IMG/VR virus record: IMGVR_UViG_3300001450_000028
Span: 1-64,000 of that record
DNA length: 64,000 nucleotides
From: a virus
Strand: one strand, 5' to 3'
Position numbers and translations under genes: made by a program. Each line of letters starts with the position of its first letter. Position 1 is the stretch's first letter. This document shows, one piece after another, positions 21,625-32,744 of the stretch. The notes under the pieces were generated by a model. It was not told where the DNA came from. It worked only from the letters and a program-made list of their open reading frames with translations, and did not search any database.

Positions 21625-24507
21625 ATGATTGTTGACGTAACAAACAGAAAGATATTTTTAAAATCGACAGGTATTGACTTATCGCCTAGAGTCATAAACA
21701 AAAGAAAGATAGACAAAGGAAACGGTCAAAGATTTTCTCAAGAAAATAGGTTTGAAGACATACTGACAGTTGAAATTTCATGTTTTGTTGACCAAAAATC
21801 AATATTATCGCAAGACGTAAGTGAAATAAAGGTATTTACGTCAGATGTGTCACTGGGGGCACTTAAAAAAAGAAGCAGCATGCTAAGCAGCAGAAAAACA
21901 AACACGCCAAACCCAGCAGGAACAAACAAGAATAGCTTGGGACCTGTAGGACAAGCAATAGAAGATTCAAAAAGAAAAACAAGTAGAAAGAAAAATAAGT
22001 TTCAAAAAATAAAAGAGCAAAGTATTAAAACAGATGTTAGATCAAAAAGAAGATCTAAGACATCTGATATTATTAACATCGTTAGTGATATTGACAAAAT
22101 TAGTCAAAATGTAAGCTCACTAAAGTTTTCTTCTTTAAGATTTCTAACAAAGATAAATGTAAATCAAATACTTTCTTCTGCAAAGATAAAAAATATACAA
22201 AACTTAACTCAAACAGACTTAGAAATTTTTGGAGAAAGAGAAGTTTTTGAAATAAGACCTAGTGTAAGTTTTAAATCAAGAAAAATTAAAAGATCAACAA
22301 GAGAAGTAAGTGTTCCTATTACGAAAATGCTAAGCATTGAAAATGCATCAGATAGAAATTTTAGATCTGCGTACTTTTCAAGAGTAAAGTTAGGAAAAGA
22401 TCCTTTGAGTTCATTTCAGCATCCAGACAATTTTGTATCTTTGCAAGAAAGATTGATGGGCGTAAGTTTAATAGAAAAAATAAAAAATGATAATCTAAGA
22501 AATGTTTTTAAAATAATTTCTCAAAAAGAGTCTAATAGTGCTGGCGAAGCTGGAAACTTTAGAATTGTAAAATCTAAACAATCGAAAAGAAAAGAAATAT
22601 ACAAAACTACTTTTGACATGTCTAGAAGAAAGCTTAAAGAAATGTCTGCAAAGTCAACTATTAATTTAATTTTTTATGCTTATGACGAAAAAGGAATAAA
22701 AATTGATTCATTTAGTCAGGTATTGAATATAAAACAGCTTTTTTCAACAGAAGTTAATCCAACAATAGACTTTGACATATCTACGTCTAGAACAAATCGA
22801 GGAAATATTATTACAAATGTTAGTAATAAAGAGCTAGATGTAGGAAATTTTAATATTTATCAAAAGTTTTTTTCTAAATCTCAAAATTACAAAAGAAAAA
22901 GTTTTTCATTACTTGCTGATGACTTTAAAGTAAATCCAAGAAATACGCTAAGATTGGTTGACGGAAGAGTTCAAAACAAGGCAACACCTCAATTATCTAA
23001 AACAAAGTCTGTTTTTCATAGAGTTACATCAAATTTTCAAGATAGAGAAATCTTTAATACAAAGTCATCAAGCACAGATGCAGTTGAAGCTTTTTCAAAC
23101 CAGCTAACATGTGCTGTTTATGTTGAAATAGAATCTAGTGATAGCGGTCAAGGTGACAGTGCAAGAGGAATAGTTACGATCACAAACTTATCAGAAGATG
23201 TATATGCAGTATTGCCTGTTAAGAGAATTGCAAAAGGAAATAGAGGAAATGATTTTAAAACTGTAAAATACCTCAATGCAGGTACACTAGAAGATAATGA
23301 AAAAATATTTGTTGATAAAAATGAAGATGACTCTGTGTTTACTTTTTACGACGATGATCTTGAAGATGACGTCATATATGAGTATTCTGCAATTCTATAT
23401 TCAAGATCAGGTGCACCGCAGTTGTCCGGATCTAGATTTTTAGAAAAAAATGTTGAAAGAGAAGGTTTAATTAATACTAGTGTGGAAACAAATTTAACAG
23501 GGTTCAGTACTGACAATGAGGGCGCGCCAACAATACGTGTTGAGTTTGACATTACACTAAACAGACAAGAAGATGATGTAGATAAAATACTAAACAGTCT
23601 TTTTGGAGATAACAGAGCTTTGTTTGCAGATGACTTAAAAGAAATTAAAGATGCATCTAATCTAAATTATGGTGTAAGAGTTCATAAAATAGACACTGCA
23701 ACAGGAGAATTTTTGTATGTAGGCTCATTTAGAGCATTTAAGCAAGAAAGCACAGATGCACAATCAAGCACAGATATTCCAAAAACATATAGAGTAAAAT
23801 TTGAAGACTTTTCTTCTGCATCCAATTCTCAAATTTATAAAATTGATCCATACTTAATTCCACCTGCTCAGGTTTTAGACAAAGTTGTAAGTTCTTTAAC
23901 TAACATTATTAAACAAAACAATCGCTCAAGGTCTTCATTAAACAAACTTTTTGTTTCAAAACAAAAAATATTAAATCAACAAGTTGTGTCCAAAATTGGA
24001 ACAAAATTTGCAAGTGTTCAGGGTAGAAAAGGTGCATTATCAAGTCCAAAATCATTTGTTGAAAAAAATAGAAATGATTTGTTTCTTGAAGGAGCAACAG
24101 GCGACATAGAATATGAAACGGTCTCTCCTGAAAACTTATCAACGTCTTTTGAAAATTTTAAAATTGACGATAGCGATATTTCTTTATTAAAAACACTAGA
24201 TACAGACCCAAATTCAACAAATTTTATACCTAAAAACCTTGTAAAAGTAGAATTTTCTGTAGGCAATACAGATAATTTTGTTGATTTTTATGTTGTGGTA
24301 AGAAAAGAAAATGGCAATCCAGCGATAATTATAGATGGCGCAATACACAGTACAGACTTAACAGATGATAGCAGATTTATGAATTATACTTATTTATCAA
24401 AAGTAAAAACCTCAGTAGGGTTAATAAGGTACTTTATTGTACCAATTTCAAAACTAGGAACCAAAGGACCTCTCAGGTCAGTAGGTTCAATTGTTATGAG
24501 GGGATAG
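21625..24507 (+). CDS. Hypothetical large protein, basic N-terminus, probable Ig/FN3-like domains
   Basis: 960-aa ORF. FTFYDDDLEDDVIYEYSA and YFIVPISKLGTKG resemble FN3 C-terminal strands. Confidence 0.55.
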   Translation: MIVDVTNRKIFLKSTGIDLSPRVINKRKIDKGNGQRFSQENRFEDILTVEISCFVDQKSILSQDVSEIKVFTSDVSLGALKKRSSMLSSRKTNTPNPAGTNKNSLGPVGQAIEDSKRKTSRKKNKFQKIKEQSIKTDVRSKRRSKTSDIINIVSDIDKISQNVSSLKFSSLRFLTKINVNQILSSAKIKNIQNLTQTDLEIFGEREVFEIRPSVSFKSRKIKRSTREVSVPITKMLSIENASDRNFRSAYFSRVKLGKDPLSSFQHPDNFVSLQERLMGVSLIEKIKNDNLRNVFKIISQKESNSAGEAGNFRIVKSKQSKRKEIYKTTFDMSRRKLKEMSAKSTINLIFYAYDEKGIKIDSFSQVLNIKQLFSTEVNPTIDFDISTSRTNRGNIITNVSNKELDVGNFNIYQKFFSKSQNYKRKSFSLLADDFKVNPRNTLRLVDGRVQNKATPQLSKTKSVFHRVTSNFQDREIFNTKSSSTDAVEAFSNQLTCAVYVEIESSDSGQGDSARGIVTITNLSEDVYAVLPVKRIAKGNRGNDFKTVKYLNAGTLEDNEKIFVDKNEDDSVFTFYDDDLEDDVIYEYSAILYSRSGAPQLSGSRFLEKNVEREGLINTSVETNLTGFSTDNEGAPTIRVEFDITLNRQEDDVDKILNSLFGDNRALFADDLKEIKDASNLNYGVRVHKIDTATGEFLYVGSFRAFKQESTDAQSSTDIPKTYRVKFEDFSSASNSQIYKIDPYLIPPAQVLDKVVSSLTNIIKQNNRSRSSLNKLFVSKQKILNQQVVSKIGTKFASVQGRKGALSSPKSFVEKNRNDLFLEGATGDIEYETVSPENLSTSFENFKIDDSDISLLKTLDTDPNSTNFIPKNLVKVEFSVGNTDNFVDFYVVVRKENGNPAIIIDGAIHSTDLTDDSRFMNYTYLSKVKTSVGLIRYFIVPISKLGTKGPLRSVGSIVMRG

Positions 24508-24513
24508 ACAAGC

Positions 24514-27500
24514 ATGGCTATTAATCCAACAAAAGCAAATTTTTCTCTCAGTAACATAACAAAAGAAGCTGTTGCTGCAGTTCCTGCTGTTTCTTTGTCA
24601 ACATCTAAAATAGAACTTAGCGAAGAAGATCAAGAAACACTAGACAATATAAATGCTTCTAATAAGTTTGAAATTTTAAATAAGCAATCTTTAAATCCGC
24701 TTAAACCAATTGTAATTGGTAACACTGAGTTTGTACCTATTGCAACAGGTAATACTTCGCCAGACTCAACAGGGTTAAAGGCACAATTTGGAGAAGGTAA
24801 CGTATTAAGTGTAAATAATATTACAAAATTATTTGAAATTCAAAGACAAATTAGAAATGCTAATCTTTCAAACTCTCAAAAGCTTTTAAAAATTGCTAAG
24901 GGTTACGATAGCGCAGAAATATTATTAAAAATAAGAAAAAAAATGGAAGAAGTTTTTGATGATATTGTTGATGAAGATATTGACAAAACAATTGAAAATT
25001 TTATAAAAGCGGTTGGCGAAAATCTTTCTTTTGACAGAAAGTCAAAGTCAAGAAACGAATCTGCATCTACAATAATTGGACGTACTAGCATAGCATCTCC
25101 AGGTCTTAAGAAAGTAAATACAGAGAATAAAAACGACCCATACTATAGAACACTTATTGAGTATGCTGCTTATGAAATAATACTTTACGAAGCAATAGAG
25201 TTTCTAAGCGGAATATTGAGATTTAAAAATGCAGCAGAAAAGTCATGGTCTATTTTAGAGGCGACTTCATTTACAGCAATAAAAGATATGTCATTTGATT
25301 CACTTGGTAATAGTGTAAAAGACTTTATAGATGCTTCAGGCTTGTCTGGCGTCGGTGCTCATAGAATGAACGAGCCTGGAAGTGAAAGATTTGGTGATGT
25401 AATAGGTGTAAATACAACAGGAAGGTCAACAGATACAGCACTGCTTATGCAAACTATTATTTCTGCATATGACGAAATACTTTTAAAAAAAGGCTACCAC
25501 GATGATATGCTTAATTTTGAAAAAAGAACCTTAAACGATAGCCCTAAAATTGAAACTTCCGATCCTGTTCGTGATGCTTTAATGACTCTTCAAAAATCAT
25601 GGCTTGTAGGATTGTATGATGAAACACTTAGCAGTAGTCTACAAAATACAATTGACGATATCAATAACGAAGGAACAGGATTAGAAGCAGTCGAAGGTTT
25701 TCTAGGTGAAAGTAAAATTAATAAAATGATGGACAATTTTCCTAGTGAGATGGGTGATTCAGAAGTTTATGGAGAACTCTTATCAGCGTGCATGTTTAAT
25801 GATGCTTTTGACATAGCACAGTCTCTGTCAGGCGCAACTGCACCAACACTTTATTACTTTAATAATGTAAGAAGCGGCGCAGAAAACATAAATAAGTTTT
25901 ATAAATTAATTTTAGGTGATGAAGTAGCAGACACAATGAGACCAGATGACGGTCAGTACGGAAGACGCGAAAGATTTATAGACTATGATCCTCTTGACTC
26001 AAATCCTTCTGTTGGACCGCTTGGAGGGTATCTAAGTTCAAAACAATCTGCAATAAACGACTTTAGATATTTACCATTTGAATCAACACAAAACTACGCA
26101 GGAAGTACGAAATACTTAACAGGACCTGAGTATTTTATTGATGTTGCATTACAAAGAGGTGATAGATCCTTTGCAGACTTTGAAAAATTTACAACAAACT
26201 ACAAAAACTTTTCAAAGGCTTATGTTACTGACGTGGAAAAAAGAACAAAGCTTTTTGAAGTTGAAGAATCTTTTATATCTCTTTGTACAATGATCGGAGA
26301 AGATCTAGAAACTGAGTCAGCAAAATTTGATAAATATTTACTTAGGCTTGGAATATTGGTAAAGAATGCAAAAACTAGAAAAGGAATGGCGAGAGCATTT
26401 AAGTCGGCTTATTTTGGAAATATGATTCTAGGACAATCTGATGACACAGCGCGCAGCAGTAGTAAGGAAGGAGATCCGTTTAAAGCAAGTTCAGATACTA
26501 TTACAAAGAGGCAATCCAGACAAAGAATTGTTAGATACAAGGCAAATAAAATTTTAAGAGATTTTATTGACAACACACTTAATGTTTCAGGTCTAAAAGA
26601 CGACAAAGACAAAGATTTTAGAGACTTAGGCGGTAACAAATATAGTAACGCGATTAGACAAAAAGAGTATACAGAAAAAGACAGGAATTTTGATAAAATA
26701 AACGGAACAAAGACAATCAATACAGGTACTCAAGAGTCTTTGTCAAACAAAAAAGAATACAAAATACACAAACAGAGTGGTAAAAAGTATGAAGGTTCTG
26801 ATGAACTTAACAAAGAACAATACAGACTGGACGCAGGATTAAGATTTGGTCGCACATCATTGGACGGATTTCTTGGCAACAAGCATTTTGAAAATACAAT
26901 ATTTCAAGGCGACAGTGCAGCGCGCAGATCTTTTAATCAAAGCAGACCAGGGCTTAGGCAGGGCGAAGTCACCCGATCTCTCACCGGGCTAGAGGATTTT
27001 ACTGACGTAGATATAACAGAAGCGCTACCTAAAACAATAAGAAACCAAGGGGGAATATACAGTCTTTCAGAGCATCACAGAGCGTTTATTCTATTTTCAT
27101 TTGTTGCAAAAATTTTACAACTATCATTAACAATAAAAGCAAAATCTTCAGAAGGCGCAAAAAAGAAAAATGGCAAAAGTAAAAGTAATAACGCATACAT
27201 AGATCTGATTGGAAACAAAGATGAATTTCTTGGTATTACTCAAGCATTTTTAGACATTGGTGAAAAAAGCTTAAATGTGTCTTCTTATAGTAGCAAGCCA
27301 GCTTCTTTTAGAGCAGCATATTCAAACACCACAACAAGCTTAAGAGAAGTCTTAGAGTCTATAAGAAGAAGAACACAAAAAATCTCACAACTTGTCCTGA
27401 CACCTGTAGTTCATTCAATGATGCTTGATAAGCAAAGAAAGACAATTGTTCAGTATATTTCAACTGGCGATGGGTCCAAAAGATCAGAAGCAGCAATTAA

Positions 27501-28746
27501 TTTATTAGAAGATAGAAAAATAAGAGCCTTTCAGGATAGCCTTTCTCTAATTTCAGAAGAATCAGTTTCTGAAATGTTTAATAGCTATATTCACACATTT
27601 ATTCCTAAAAAAGATACAATATTTACGACTGAAGATACAACAGACTACAAGCAAGTTAAGTTAATGATAAAAATTCTTTCAAACCCCGGTTATGGATTTT
27701 TATCATCAGAAAAACGAGGAAACCCAGTAATTAGTCATGTCGGTGTTACAAACTCAATGCTATCGACATTGAGGTATGAAGCTTACAAGGAGACAGGTAA
27801 CATAGCGTTCTTAGAGAGTAAGCGATTTTGTGTAAATATATTTAAGAGAAATGAAATTGATGCACAAGAAGTTGTTTACCCAAAGACTTTTTTGTTTGAT
27901 TCTAAGTATCAAATACATGATTATGACCAACTAGGAGAACCTTTAAATCATATTGCCAACTATTCTGATACTTGGACATTTGAAAATATCTTAAGTAATG
28001 TAGAATTTACTTCTTGGTCAGATCAAGTTGAAGGGCAAGAAAACGAAGACCCATTCAACAATATAAAAGAAGCGTATCGACCAAAAAGATCGCTTGGAAG
28101 TGACATGCTTAGTCAAAGTAACATATCTAAAGATTTATTGATAAATCACATAAATGATTATGCAATAAAAATATATTACAGATATGCGCTAGGTCTAGAA
28201 TTAGAAACATACAGTTTTACACTAAACTCTAGGGCTATTGACTATTCAAACCCAAGAGGAGGATTCAGTAGTGCAAGATCTGAAATGCTTCAAAATTATA
28301 ATAACTTAATTAGCCAAATAACAAATGCGTATCCTGCTGCAAACATTGATCCTGTTTTAGCTTCTGAATTATATAGAAGCATTAAGACGATTTCTGCCAC
28401 TCCTGTTTATTCCTTAGGAGAAAAGACAAAGCGAGTATTGTTGCCTAAAAAATTTGACAGAGTACTTTCAATTCCATTCAATGACAAAGACTTTGTACTA
28501 TACACACCTGCCTTTGACAAAGAGTTTGAAGAAATATTTAAAACATTACCTAATTTTAGCTATACTTCTAGGATTGCAAGACCCGAGTTTAAATACGGCG
28601 GGCAGCAAAATTCACAAGTATATTTTTCTTCAAATCCAATAAATAAGTCGGCAGAAGACAAGTATAAGGACAATTGCAAAGAAGACTTCCCGGAAATATT
28701 TAGTACATATGTCACAATAACTATTCTACCTGAAGGAACAAACTAA
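24514..28746 (+). CDS. Hypothetical large (1410 aa), mostly helical protein
   Basis: Long uninterrupted ORF in the structural operon; no recognisable motif. Confidence 0.6.
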   Translation: MAINPTKANFSLSNITKEAVAAVPAVSLSTSKIELSEEDQETLDNINASNKFEILNKQSLNPLKPIVIGNTEFVPIATGNTSPDSTGLKAQFGEGNVLSVNNITKLFEIQRQIRNANLSNSQKLLKIAKGYDSAEILLKIRKKMEEVFDDIVDEDIDKTIENFIKAVGENLSFDRKSKSRNESASTIIGRTSIASPGLKKVNTENKNDPYYRTLIEYAAYEIILYEAIEFLSGILRFKNAAEKSWSILEATSFTAIKDMSFDSLGNSVKDFIDASGLSGVGAHRMNEPGSERFGDVIGVNTTGRSTDTALLMQTIISAYDEILLKKGYHDDMLNFEKRTLNDSPKIETSDPVRDALMTLQKSWLVGLYDETLSSSLQNTIDDINNEGTGLEAVEGFLGESKINKMMDNFPSEMGDSEVYGELLSACMFNDAFDIAQSLSGATAPTLYYFNNVRSGAENINKFYKLILGDEVADTMRPDDGQYGRRERFIDYDPLDSNPSVGPLGGYLSSKQSAINDFRYLPFESTQNYAGSTKYLTGPEYFIDVALQRGDRSFADFEKFTTNYKNFSKAYVTDVEKRTKLFEVEESFISLCTMIGEDLETESAKFDKYLLRLGILVKNAKTRKGMARAFKSAYFGNMILGQSDDTARSSSKEGDPFKASSDTITKRQSRQRIVRYKANKILRDFIDNTLNVSGLKDDKDKDFRDLGGNKYSNAIRQKEYTEKDRNFDKINGTKTINTGTQESLSNKKEYKIHKQSGKKYEGSDELNKEQYRLDAGLRFGRTSLDGFLGNKHFENTIFQGDSAARRSFNQSRPGLRQGEVTRSLTGLEDFTDVDITEALPKTIRNQGGIYSLSEHHRAFILFSFVAKILQLSLTIKAKSSEGAKKKNGKSKSNNAYIDLIGNKDEFLGITQAFLDIGEKSLNVSSYSSKPASFRAAYSNTTTSLREVLESIRRRTQKISQLVLTPVVHSMMLDKQRKTIVQYISTGDGSKRSEAAINLLEDRKIRAFQDSLSLISEESVSEMFNSYIHTFIPKKDTIFTTEDTTDYKQVKLMIKILSNPGYGFLSSEKRGNPVISHVGVTNSMLSTLRYEAYKETGNIAFLESKRFCVNIFKRNEIDAQEVVYPKTFLFDSKYQIHDYDQLGEPLNHIANYSDTWTFENILSNVEFTSWSDQVEGQENEDPFNNIKEAYRPKRSLGSDMLSQSNISKDLLINHINDYAIKIYYRYALGLELETYSFTLNSRAIDYSNPRGGFSSARSEMLQNYNNLISQITNAYPAANIDPVLASELYRSIKTISATPVYSLGEKTKRVLLPKKFDRVLSIPFNDKDFVLYTPAFDKEFEEIFKTLPNFSYTSRIARPEFKYGGQQNSQVYFSSNPINKSAEDKYKDNCKEDFPEIFSTYVTITILPEGTN

Positions 28747-30776
28747 TGCCAACCGAAGATATGCAAAACTCAGCAATCTCAATAGAAAATATACAGTACG
28801 AAGCGCAAGAGTTGTCAGGTATTGAAGATACGACACCTGAACCTGAAAGCAGTCTCTCTTATGATGATGTTCAAAGAGTAATAGATAGTTATCCTTCTGT
28901 ACCCGCACTTCGAATTAATGTACCTGAAGCACAAAACGCAAAAGCATCATTTAAATATAACTTTTTTCTACCTGACGAAAGAGAAGTTATAAATAACGCA
29001 GGTGAAGTTATTAATGTATCTGTTTCAAGAAGCGATGAAATATTTTTTCAAATGTCTAATGATAGGATGCCAAGATATGTTGAATTGAGTTTTAAGCCAC
29101 CAAAAAAATACTCAAGAATAAAAGAAATTAGAAATTCAAGGCTAGTGTCATCAAATTTAGATAAAATTCTTGTAGAAGGAGGGTCAAATAGTAGTGACTA
29201 TACAAGCTTTGAACTACTAGATACAGGCGCAGAAAAACATCTTTATGACATAATGAACAGTTCTCTATTAATAACAGATGTTGGTGAGGAAAAAGATTCT
29301 CCTCAAGATGGATATAATAAACTTTTAGAAGCACAGTCAGATGGGTCTTTGACAGGTGAAGAGAAAAAACTTATTGCATCTGCGCTAAAAGGAATCCAGT
29401 CAAAAGGATATGCTGTTGCGAGATCAGATATAAGCCCAGAAGCTGCAGAAACTGCAGATGACCTTACTTCTCGCCAGAATTTTTCAATGCAAATGCATAA
29501 TCTAGTCTTTGATCAAGTAATTAAAAGCGGCCTCCGTATACCTGACTCTATATTTCAAGATGAATACGGATTTATAAGTACAAAATCTTCAAAAATCTCT
29601 GCAGATGCAAAAGTAAAAAATTCTTCAAATTCAATGGCAGAAAAACTTTATACAACACACATCAAACCCGTAGAAGTAAAGCCAATTCATCAACAAGGAA
29701 AATCAGAAAAATTTCAAACATTAAAATCTGCAACACTTCCTAGTTATGGATCATACCCAAAAATAAGTCATGCAGGGTATATTATTAAAAAGCTTGAGAT
29801 TTTATCTAACGACTCTTACGAAGACAGAGGATACTTGTTATCTGACAATCCTGACGGGCTGTACATTATAGATAAAAACGTAAGATATGGAGGCGTATAT
29901 ACATATGAGATTAGATCAATTTATCAAGTAGAACTAATCGCAGAAAGTAGAGTTGAATCTGATGCTTCACTAGACTCAGTTTCAGTTGCAAAAGTATTAA
30001 TAGCATCTGAGGGTTCAATGGCGTCAGTAAACTGTGTTGAAAAAGTTCCACCCCCGCCCCCTACAAATCTTAATATATCTTTTGACTACAAGACTAGAAA
30101 ACCTTTTGTTACTTGGCAGTTTCCTGTAAATCCGCAACGTGACATAAAAAGATTTCAAATATTTAAAAGACACAGTACTTCTGAGCCTTTTACTATGATA
30201 AGAGAGTATGATTTTGATAACTCTACCATTAGATCTTCTGTAAATGAAATTGCTCAAGAGCAAAATTTAACAAGTTTTAACTCTCCAAGAATAACATTTA
30301 CAGACAATACATGGAAAAATGGTCAAAAGCCAATATACGCAGTTTCATGTGTAGACGCTCACGGTCTTTCTTCAAATTTTAGCGCACAAATGAAATTTGA
30401 GTACATAAAAAGACTAAACAAGGTAAAAAATACACTGATTAGTTACCCAAATGCACCAAAACCCTATCCTAACATTCTGCTTAATAGAGACTCATTTCAG
30501 GACGCGATAAAAGTAAGCGGCTACGAACGAATGAGAATATATTTAGACCCGGAGTATTACAAAGTATCAAAAAATGTTCAAAACTCTGCAGCAGCTATTG
30601 AACAAGACTTAAATTTTATTAGCATTGATTCAAATAAGGATACATACAAGATACATATTTTAAACTTAGATTTGCAAAAAGATAAGATTTTAAATATAAG
30701 GGTTGGTGACTTTAGTGGATCACCGCTTGAAACAGTTGGAAAAACAACATATTCTTTTGATTCTATTGACTTATAG
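28746..30776 (+). CDS. Hypothetical protein with fibronectin type III-like domains
   Basis: YIIDKNVRYGGVYTYEIRSI, PPPPPTNLNI...VTWQFP...RFQIFKR, and YAVSCVDAHGLSSNFS. Confidence 0.6.
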   Translation: MPTEDMQNSAISIENIQYEAQELSGIEDTTPEPESSLSYDDVQRVIDSYPSVPALRINVPEAQNAKASFKYNFFLPDEREVINNAGEVINVSVSRSDEIFFQMSNDRMPRYVELSFKPPKKYSRIKEIRNSRLVSSNLDKILVEGGSNSSDYTSFELLDTGAEKHLYDIMNSSLLITDVGEEKDSPQDGYNKLLEAQSDGSLTGEEKKLIASALKGIQSKGYAVARSDISPEAAETADDLTSRQNFSMQMHNLVFDQVIKSGLRIPDSIFQDEYGFISTKSSKISADAKVKNSSNSMAEKLYTTHIKPVEVKPIHQQGKSEKFQTLKSATLPSYGSYPKISHAGYIIKKLEILSNDSYEDRGYLLSDNPDGLYIIDKNVRYGGVYTYEIRSIYQVELIAESRVESDASLDSVSVAKVLIASEGSMASVNCVEKVPPPPPTNLNISFDYKTRKPFVTWQFPVNPQRDIKRFQIFKRHSTSEPFTMIREYDFDNSTIRSSVNEIAQEQNLTSFNSPRITFTDNTWKNGQKPIYAVSCVDAHGLSSNFSAQMKFEYIKRLNKVKNTLISYPNAPKPYPNILLNRDSFQDAIKVSGYERMRIYLDPEYYKVSKNVQNSAAAIEQDLNFISIDSNKDTYKIHILNLDLQKDKILNIRVGDFSGSPLETVGKTTYSFDSIDL

Positions 30777-30800
30777 AATTACAATATTTTTTTTTAGTGT

Positions 30801-30810
30801 ATATTTAGAT
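30801..30810 (+). promoter_or_regulatory. Putative late promoter ATAnTTA (ATATTTAGAT)
   Basis: Intergenic, before AAGGAG and ATG 30825. The identical 10-mer occurs at 50750-50759. Confidence 0.55.
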
Positions 30811-30824
30811 ACAAGGAGACTAGA

Positions 30825-31523
30825 ATGGGATTTTTAGATCACAGCACAAACAACATTATTGTTGATGCCGTTTTAACAGACTTAGGCAGACAATCACTTG
30901 CAAAGAACGATGGTTCATTTCAAATTTTTCAATTTGCGCTAGGTGACGACGAAGTAGATTATGGCGTCATCCAGCAGTTTGGCAGAACAGTAGGTAGAGA
31001 AAAAATAGAAAAAAATACTCCAGTCTTAGAAGCGTTTACAGCAGGAAGCTTGGGGCTTAAGCATAAGCTTTTAAGCATATCAAATGAATTTTTAACTCAC
31101 TTACCTGTTTTGGATATGACACTTTCAGGAACTGATCTCACAAACTCAGTTGTTTCATTTACAAGAACATCAACTACGTCTAACACTGTTAACGCGGCAA
31201 TTAGTTCTAAAACAGGCACAGGAATCGATCCTGACATTCTAGATGGAGAATTTAGAGTAGAAGTTAATAATTTATTTTTTACAATTTCAGGTGAACAACC
31301 TGATGTTGTATACACAGACAATGTTGCGGTCTATAGAATACCTGCAGATTTTAATACACAGGGCGATGAAGTTTCAGCTTCTATTACACTAAACTTAAAG
31401 AGTTTTTCTGATACAACTTTTTCAACTTATAGCGTGTCAGGCGGATCATATATTCGTGCTTTTGTTAAGGTAACAGGTATTAACTCAGGTCTTACAAAAA
31501 ATATAGAACTTCAGATATCATAA
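30825..31523 (+). CDS. Putative baseplate/tail-collar protein (resembles N-half of P2 gpH/DUF3751 domain)
   Basis: VLTDLGRQSLA....FQIFQFALGD motif. Confidence 0.55.
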   Translation: MGFLDHSTNNIIVDAVLTDLGRQSLAKNDGSFQIFQFALGDDEVDYGVIQQFGRTVGREKIEKNTPVLEAFTAGSLGLKHKLLSISNEFLTHLPVLDMTLSGTDLTNSVVSFTRTSTTSNTVNAAISSKTGTGIDPDILDGEFRVEVNNLFFTISGEQPDVVYTDNVAVYRIPADFNTQGDEVSASITLNLKSFSDTTFSTYSVSGGSYIRAFVKVTGINSGLTKNIELQIS

Positions 31524-31535
31524 TAAGAGGAAAAA

Positions 31536-32732
31536 ATGGCAACTTTTAAAACAATATCAAGCGCTGATATTAAAACAACAAAAACAGTACTGAATCAATT
31601 AATTGACTTCGTTGAAGAAGATATTTCCGGATCAGCATCAAGAAAGTCGTATCAAGTATTTGTAACATCGTCAGGTGGTAACGCAATTACTTCTTCTCTT
31701 TTTCAGACAGTTTTTGATCAAAACTTCTCCTTGCAAACAGCAAACGAACTTTTTGATGTAACATATGGAGTATTTTCAGGTTCAGCATCAGTTAGTAGTG
31801 CTTCAACAGGTATTGATACAAACGGTAAAATTTTGTTTACATCTCAGTCAGTCATGATGAGAGAAAAAATTAATATTTACAGGCAGTTTGCACAAACATT
31901 ATTAGGTAATGCTGATAATAGATTTAGAGCACCTTTTTCAAGTACAAGCACTTCTGACAATATTGACAATGCATTGTTTTTGTGCTTTAAGAGGCTTTTT
32001 GTTAGAGACGGAATTAAAAGAGAAACTTTCGCAATGAGATTTTTTCAGTCTTCTTCAAACCCAGCACCTCACTTTCCAGTAAACTTTGATAACATATACG
32101 GTCAGACTGCAGCACACCCTTCTTCTGGTTCTGTTATTTTTACAGATGTTGGTGCTGCGTCAAGCATAGAAAGATCACAGTTTGGAGGCGACGTAGGCAA
32201 CATTGTACTCTCTTCTGATACTACACAAACAGTAGGGCTGATGTTTTACCAAAAAGGTATTGCAATACTAGATCTTGAAAGAGCTCTAAACAAAAATCAA
32301 ATAATGAGCGGCACGATAGCATCAGTAGGGGCAGCAGCAACAACAGCCCACAGCGCATCTTTTATTCCACATTTTGTAAATTCTGCGTCAATGGATGATA
32401 TCATAAGGCATGTCGCAACTGAGCGTTTTGGAACAGGTAGTAACACATTTTTAACTTTCCAAAACAATACAAAGATCAATTCGACGCTTATCTTTTGCAG
32501 AGCAACAGCAGATGAGTTTAATTACTCTTCAAATCCAACATATACAGACTCAGAAGGCAGAATCCTTGTTATAGATGAATCACAGCAAGGTGAAGAAAAG
32601 TCTTTTTCTTTTGTTTCAACAGTTGGTCTTTACGATGCGAACGAAGAACTTCTAGCAACTGCTAAACTATCAAGACCTGTTGAAAAGAACGATGAAAAAG
32701 ATTTGACATTCAGGGTCAGATTAGACTTTTAG
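31536..32732 (+). CDS. Putative baseplate/tail-collar protein (resembles C-half of DUF3751 domain)
   Basis: C-terminal TVGLYDANEELLATAKLSRPVEK...FRVRLDF; GAGG RBS. Confidence 0.55.
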   Translation: MATFKTISSADIKTTKTVLNQLIDFVEEDISGSASRKSYQVFVTSSGGNAITSSLFQTVFDQNFSLQTANELFDVTYGVFSGSASVSSASTGIDTNGKILFTSQSVMMREKINIYRQFAQTLLGNADNRFRAPFSSTSTSDNIDNALFLCFKRLFVRDGIKRETFAMRFFQSSSNPAPHFPVNFDNIYGQTAAHPSSGSVIFTDVGAASSIERSQFGGDVGNIVLSSDTTQTVGLMFYQKGIAILDLERALNKNQIMSGTIASVGAAATTAHSASFIPHFVNSASMDDIIRHVATERFGTGSNTFLTFQNNTKINSTLIFCRATADEFNYSSNPTYTDSEGRILVIDESQQGEEKSFSFVSTVGLYDANEELLATAKLSRPVEKNDEKDLTFRVRLDF

Positions 32733-32744
32733 AATGGAGAATCA

